A DNA stretch of 64,000 nt from Candidatus Poribacteria bacterium (GTDB lineage: Bacteria > Poribacteria > WGA-4E > PCPOR2b), in NCBI GenBank assembly GCA_965116925.1, contig OZ220744.1, forward strand, positions 4,928,001-4,992,000, in the 5' to 3' direction. Position 1 is the stretch's first letter. Each line of letters opens with the position of its first letter. This document shows, in pieces, positions 61,987 to 64,000 of this stretch. Under the pieces are notes generated by a model. That model did no database searches and had not been told where the DNA came from. It saw only the letters and a list, made by a program, of their open reading frames with translations. The translations under genes were made by a program, and so were the position numbers.

Positions 61987-63552
61987 ATGGGGTCGTGGAG
62001 TGTACAGCTCAAGGTGGGACTTGTTGTTATCATTGGTGTTGTTCTCCTTGTGATTCTGATAGTGAATGCCGCTAATTCACCTTGGAGTGTGAGTGGCGAG
62101 TTGTTACGTGTCAACTTTAATAATGCCGGTGATCTCCGCGTTGGTGCGAAGGTTCAACTCGCCGGTGTGCAGGTCGGCAAAGTCACGAGTGTTGAACTGA
62201 ATCAAGACGGAACCCGTGTTGAAGTTCAGATGCGGGTCAAAGACGCCTTTCAAAGGCTGCGCCAAGGTTGTCAGGTAAAAGTGGGCGTCATCGGTTTTGT
62301 CGGCGAAGCGTATATCCATTTAACGAATGGGCCTGTTGGGAATCCAAACTTAAAACCGGCGGACCTACCCCTGATAGGGAAAGATCCGCTTGACCTGTCG
62401 GAACTCGCTACACGAGGAGACAACATTGTTAGACAAGGTACACAATTTCTTGAATCCGCAAACCAGTTTATGGAAGCAAATCAAGAAAACTTTAGCGCGA
62501 GTATTGTGGAAATGCGGGCACTCATTGAGCAAACTAGCCGCGCTTTAACGGAGGTAGTTGGGGCTACGGATGAAGCTATACAAAATCTGAATCGTATCGT
62601 ACAGGAGAACGATTTCCGTTTGGCGCAAACCTATAGACGGTTCAATCGTCTGATGGATAGACTGGAAAGTGATACTTTACTAATCAGTAGTCAGATCGGG
62701 GATATTAATCGAGCGGTGCTTGAATTGGTCGATCGTAACTCTTCCCCCGTGGAACAGATAGTTGCTGACTTACAAACAAGTGCTACCAATTTTCGCCAGC
62801 TGTCTCAGCAGTTAGATCAAAATCTCGCTGAATTGACTGCTGGCATTTCGGACCTGATTGCACAAAGCCAAGAGGCCATTGCAACTGAAACGCCTAAAGT
62901 CGATCAACTGCTCGAAAACTTTACCAGTGCGATCCAAGGGTTGGATGGGCTGCGTGATAATGTGAATCAACTGCTTCATACTACCCAGCATGGGGAAGGC
63001 AGCATCGCTCAATTGTTGACTGAACCGGACGCGCTCAATGAAATGCGGCATACGATGAAAACGGTAGATGAGACAATGCTCGCGTTTCAGGACCTATCTC
63101 GGTTGTTAGATCAGGGTTCGGAGCAAATCAAGATACCTGAATTCGGTTGGGATTACGAACTCAGGTATTTAAGCCTTGAAGAGAGCCTACACAACGAGTT
63201 GGGCGTTTTGCTAGTTGCCTCGGATAGACAGCGATACCGACTTGGCTTAGGGACGCGTGAAGAGGAGATAAAGATAGACTTCCAGTACGGTTATGACTTC
63301 ACAAACAATCTGCGAGGTCGTGCTGGGTTCATGCGATCAAGAGTTGGCTTGGGATTTGATGTGTGGCTGCTCTCCCGAAAACTTGGTATAAGCTTCGAGG
63401 GCACACATCTGACCAGCAAAAATCCAGAACTTGGGGCGGAAGTGGCGTGGCGATTGTTTCCATACGGACAGATTATTATCGGCGCAGAGGATCTGACATC
63501 GGGTAATATCCGCTATACAGCAGGGCTTCGGCTCTTGTCGAAAAATTGGTGA
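61987..63552 (+). CDS. MlaD/MCE protein with long coiled coil and C-terminal beta region
   Basis: TM anchor, GAKVQLAGVQVGKV MCE motif, heptad helices. Confidence 0.88.
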   Translation: MGSWSVQLKVGLVVIIGVVLLVILIVNAANSPWSVSGELLRVNFNNAGDLRVGAKVQLAGVQVGKVTSVELNQDGTRVEVQMRVKDAFQRLRQGCQVKVGVIGFVGEAYIHLTNGPVGNPNLKPADLPLIGKDPLDLSELATRGDNIVRQGTQFLESANQFMEANQENFSASIVEMRALIEQTSRALTEVVGATDEAIQNLNRIVQENDFRLAQTYRRFNRLMDRLESDTLLISSQIGDINRAVLELVDRNSSPVEQIVADLQTSATNFRQLSQQLDQNLAELTAGISDLIAQSQEAIATETPKVDQLLENFTSAIQGLDGLRDNVNQLLHTTQHGEGSIAQLLTEPDALNEMRHTMKTVDETMLAFQDLSRLLDQGSEQIKIPEFGWDYELRYLSLEESLHNELGVLLVASDRQRYRLGLGTREEEIKIDFQYGYDFTNNLRGRAGFMRSRVGLGFDVWLLSRKLGISFEGTHLTSKNPELGAEVAWRLFPYGQIIIGAEDLTSGNIRYTAGLRLLSKNW

Positions 63553-63583
63553 ACTAGCTTAAGCACTGGGACGAATACCTAAA

Positions 63584-64000
63584 ATGGCAAAAGAGAGTCG
63601 ACAGTTTGTTTGTCAGGAATGTGGTCACGCCTCTATCAGATGGCTGGGTCGCTGTCCGGAGTGTGATAAGTGGAACACTTTCGTTGAGGAGATTGAGGAA
63701 GCAGTTTCTGTGCATCCCCGACTCGCAGCGCAGCCTGCCAGCGATCCGGCGCCTATTACGCGGATTAGTGCGAGTGAATCAGACCGGCAACTCACAGGGA
63801 TTGATGAGTTTGATCGAGTTCTTGGTGGCGGGATTGTACCGGGGTCTGTGGTGTTAATCGGTGGCGATCCGGGAATTGGTAAATCGACGATACTGTTACA
63901 GGTGAGTGATGCGTTGAGCCGCACTTATGGAGGTGTGCTGTATGTGTCAGGTGAGGAGTCAGTTGCCCAAACAAAGCTGCGGGCAAACCGGCTCGGCATT
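63584..64000 (+). CDS. radA: DNA repair protein RadA/Sms (partial)
   Basis: Not in ORF track: MAKESRQFVCQECG...WLGRCPECDKWNT...GGDPGIGKSTILLQ...YVSGEES. Confidence 0.97.
   Translation, partial: MAKESRQFVCQECGHASIRWLGRCPECDKWNTFVEEIEEAVSVHPRLAAQPASDPAPITRISASESDRQLTGIDEFDRVLGGGIVPGSVVLIGGDPGIGKSTILLQVSDALSRTYGGVLYVSGEESVAQTKLRANRLGI

Overview
Bacterial chromosome segment spanning the replication origin; the gene mix (sulfatase, PhyH dioxygenase, BNR/TPR proteins, FlgD-tailed secreted peptidases, many REP/MITE repeats) suggests a Poribacteria-like lineage, which is inference only. Left part: a tnpB-only IS200/IS605 element with both ends visible (1975-3410), then a type I-B CRISPR array of about 109 repeats by hand count (3930-12463, transcribed on the minus strand) split by an IS3 element inserted inside one spacer, and a full cas6-cas8b-cas7-cas5-cas3-cas4-cas1-cas2 operon with a probable internally translated cas11. 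Middle: metabolic and housekeeping genes (SDR, Gfo/Idh/MocA, PhyH, M19, ABC-F, lysine-less GcvH paralog, YigZ, TA pair, PorV-like, folP, ftsH). Right: gyrA-[PIN-HAD-cupin]-gyrB-dciA-recF-dnaN-oriC-dnaA, rpmH, ispH, rpsF-ssb-rpsR-rplI-dnaB, mlaEFD, radA. Best novelty candidates: (1) a stand-alone, promoter-preceded TnpB omegaRNA-like scaffold forming the rpmH leader beside the origin; (2) a HAD hydrolase with an antitoxin-like tail coupled to a PIN toxin between gyrB and gyrA; (3) a covarying structured tnpB 5' leader that recurs in an orphan IS605 left end; (4) a CRISPR trailer that resembles an internal spacer; (5) a Cas5 extension ending in a clamp-binding-like motif. All calls were made by eye; no database searches or folding programs were run.
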